Assembly: GCF_009914755.1 (NCBI RefSeq)
Contig: NC_060942.1
DNA from: the human T2T-CHM13v2.0 reference genome, Homo sapiens
DNA: 64,000 nt
Strand: one strand, 5' to 3'
Shown piece after piece: positions 62,835 through 64,000 of the stretch. The position numbers and the translations under genes are program-made. The notes beneath the pieces were generated by a model. That model was not told the origin of the DNA. It was given only the letters and a program-made list of their open reading frames with translations, and searched no databases. Every line of letters begins with the position of its first letter. The stretch's first letter is position 1.

Positions 62835-64000
62835 TGAGTATTTCCCTTGTGGTTCTAATTTGCATGCTTTATCATCTTAGGCAAAGAAATCATAAGAAAT
62901 AGTTAATATAAAGATGTAATATGAGTGATGTCTTGGTGAATCTTGTCTGTTCCCAGGGGTACCTAATTTTGGATCAATGAAATCTAAAAGTGGGCATGAT
63001 ACTCTGCTAGGTGTTGTTTGTGTCATTTGTTTCACAAATTTCCAAAGCCAAATGCTTTACCAGGCACCCCCTAAAAGGACTGTTAATTCTTGTTCAGTAC
63101 TCTCTTATTTTTCTCTTTTATTCTAGAGCTACTTGTTTAAGCAGGCTCTGTGCTGTAACTTAGAGTTCACTGAGATATTTCCAATTAGCAAAGCTTCAAT
63201 CAAATCAGAGCAAAATTATTTGCTCTCATAAGGTATAATATAGTAGCAGCCTACAAAACACCACTCCTCCGAACTCTTTCCTCAAGATTTGCTGGAAAAA
63301 TATCTGAAAGAACCTGCTGTCATAAACTATAGTTTTTCATTATGAGTGATTATCTTCCAGATAAGAGAAGGCTATTTGTAAGCCATTGTAGAGCTGTATA
63401 ATTCTTCTCTAGTACCGAGGTACAAGTTACTTGCTAACTGTTTTTAAATTACTTGGATTTACATAGTATGAGCCTATGTTACTTTTAGAAATTTGAAATA
63501 TTTATATATTTTTCCTTTTGAATACTGTAAACCAAGAAAATGTTTGTGCTGTTATACATTACTTATACCAAAAAAAGTTATGCCTTTAATTGTATTAGAA
63601 GCTAAAAGGTCACCATTGTCAATGTTTTTTTGCCTGCAGTTTAGATAATGTAATAAGTGCAGCTACATTCTAATACAGAGCAGGCTCTAAAAAAAAAAAA
63701 ATGTAAATGTGGTTAAGATAATGGAAATCATAATGTAGATAGGGTTTTTGTTCTGCAGAGAAGCAAAAGACTTAAATCTGCATAACAAGCCTTACCTTTG
63801 ACCATTTTGTCTTAACTGGACTTCCTACCTACACTTTTCTTTCTCTTGGTAAATAAGTGAAATAAGCAGGGAACAGACAAACAGCACATGTTCTCATAGG
63901 TGGAAGCTAAAAAAGTTTATCTCATAGAAGTAAAAAATAAAATGGATGCTAGAGGCTAGGAAGCATAGGGAGAAGACGGAAATAGGGAGAGATCTGTTAA

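Overview
Primate, almost certainly human, genomic DNA. I recognise it from memory as the METTL4/NDC80 locus on chr18p11.32; no database search was run. The window holds the complete METTL4 gene on the minus strand: 9 exons, a 1419-nt CDS that I reassembled across canonical GT-AG junctions (472 aa), and an MT-A70 DPPW motif. METTL4 lies head-to-head with the first two exons of NDC80/HEC1 at a shared CpG-island promoter carrying CRE, CHR-like, E2F-like and YY1-like motifs. A near full-length, Alu-interrupted UBE2V1 processed pseudogene sits antisense in METTL4 intron 1. The first ~27 kb is repeat-rich intergenic DNA (Alu, L1, L2/MIR, MaLR LTRs, DNA transposons). Most ORFs in the supplied track are Alu or L1 artefacts. 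I see no new gene family or prokaryote-style system. The best leads are regulatory and structural: a spliced upstream ORF overlapping the NDC80 start codon, a uORF-dense METTL4 leader, an in-frame skippable exon carrying most of the METTL4 basic NLS-like motif, an apparent local FLAM-to-Alu sequence transfer, a hairpin-seeded minisatellite, and young L1/Alu insertions. Repeat subfamily names and many repeat boundaries are by eye and approximate.
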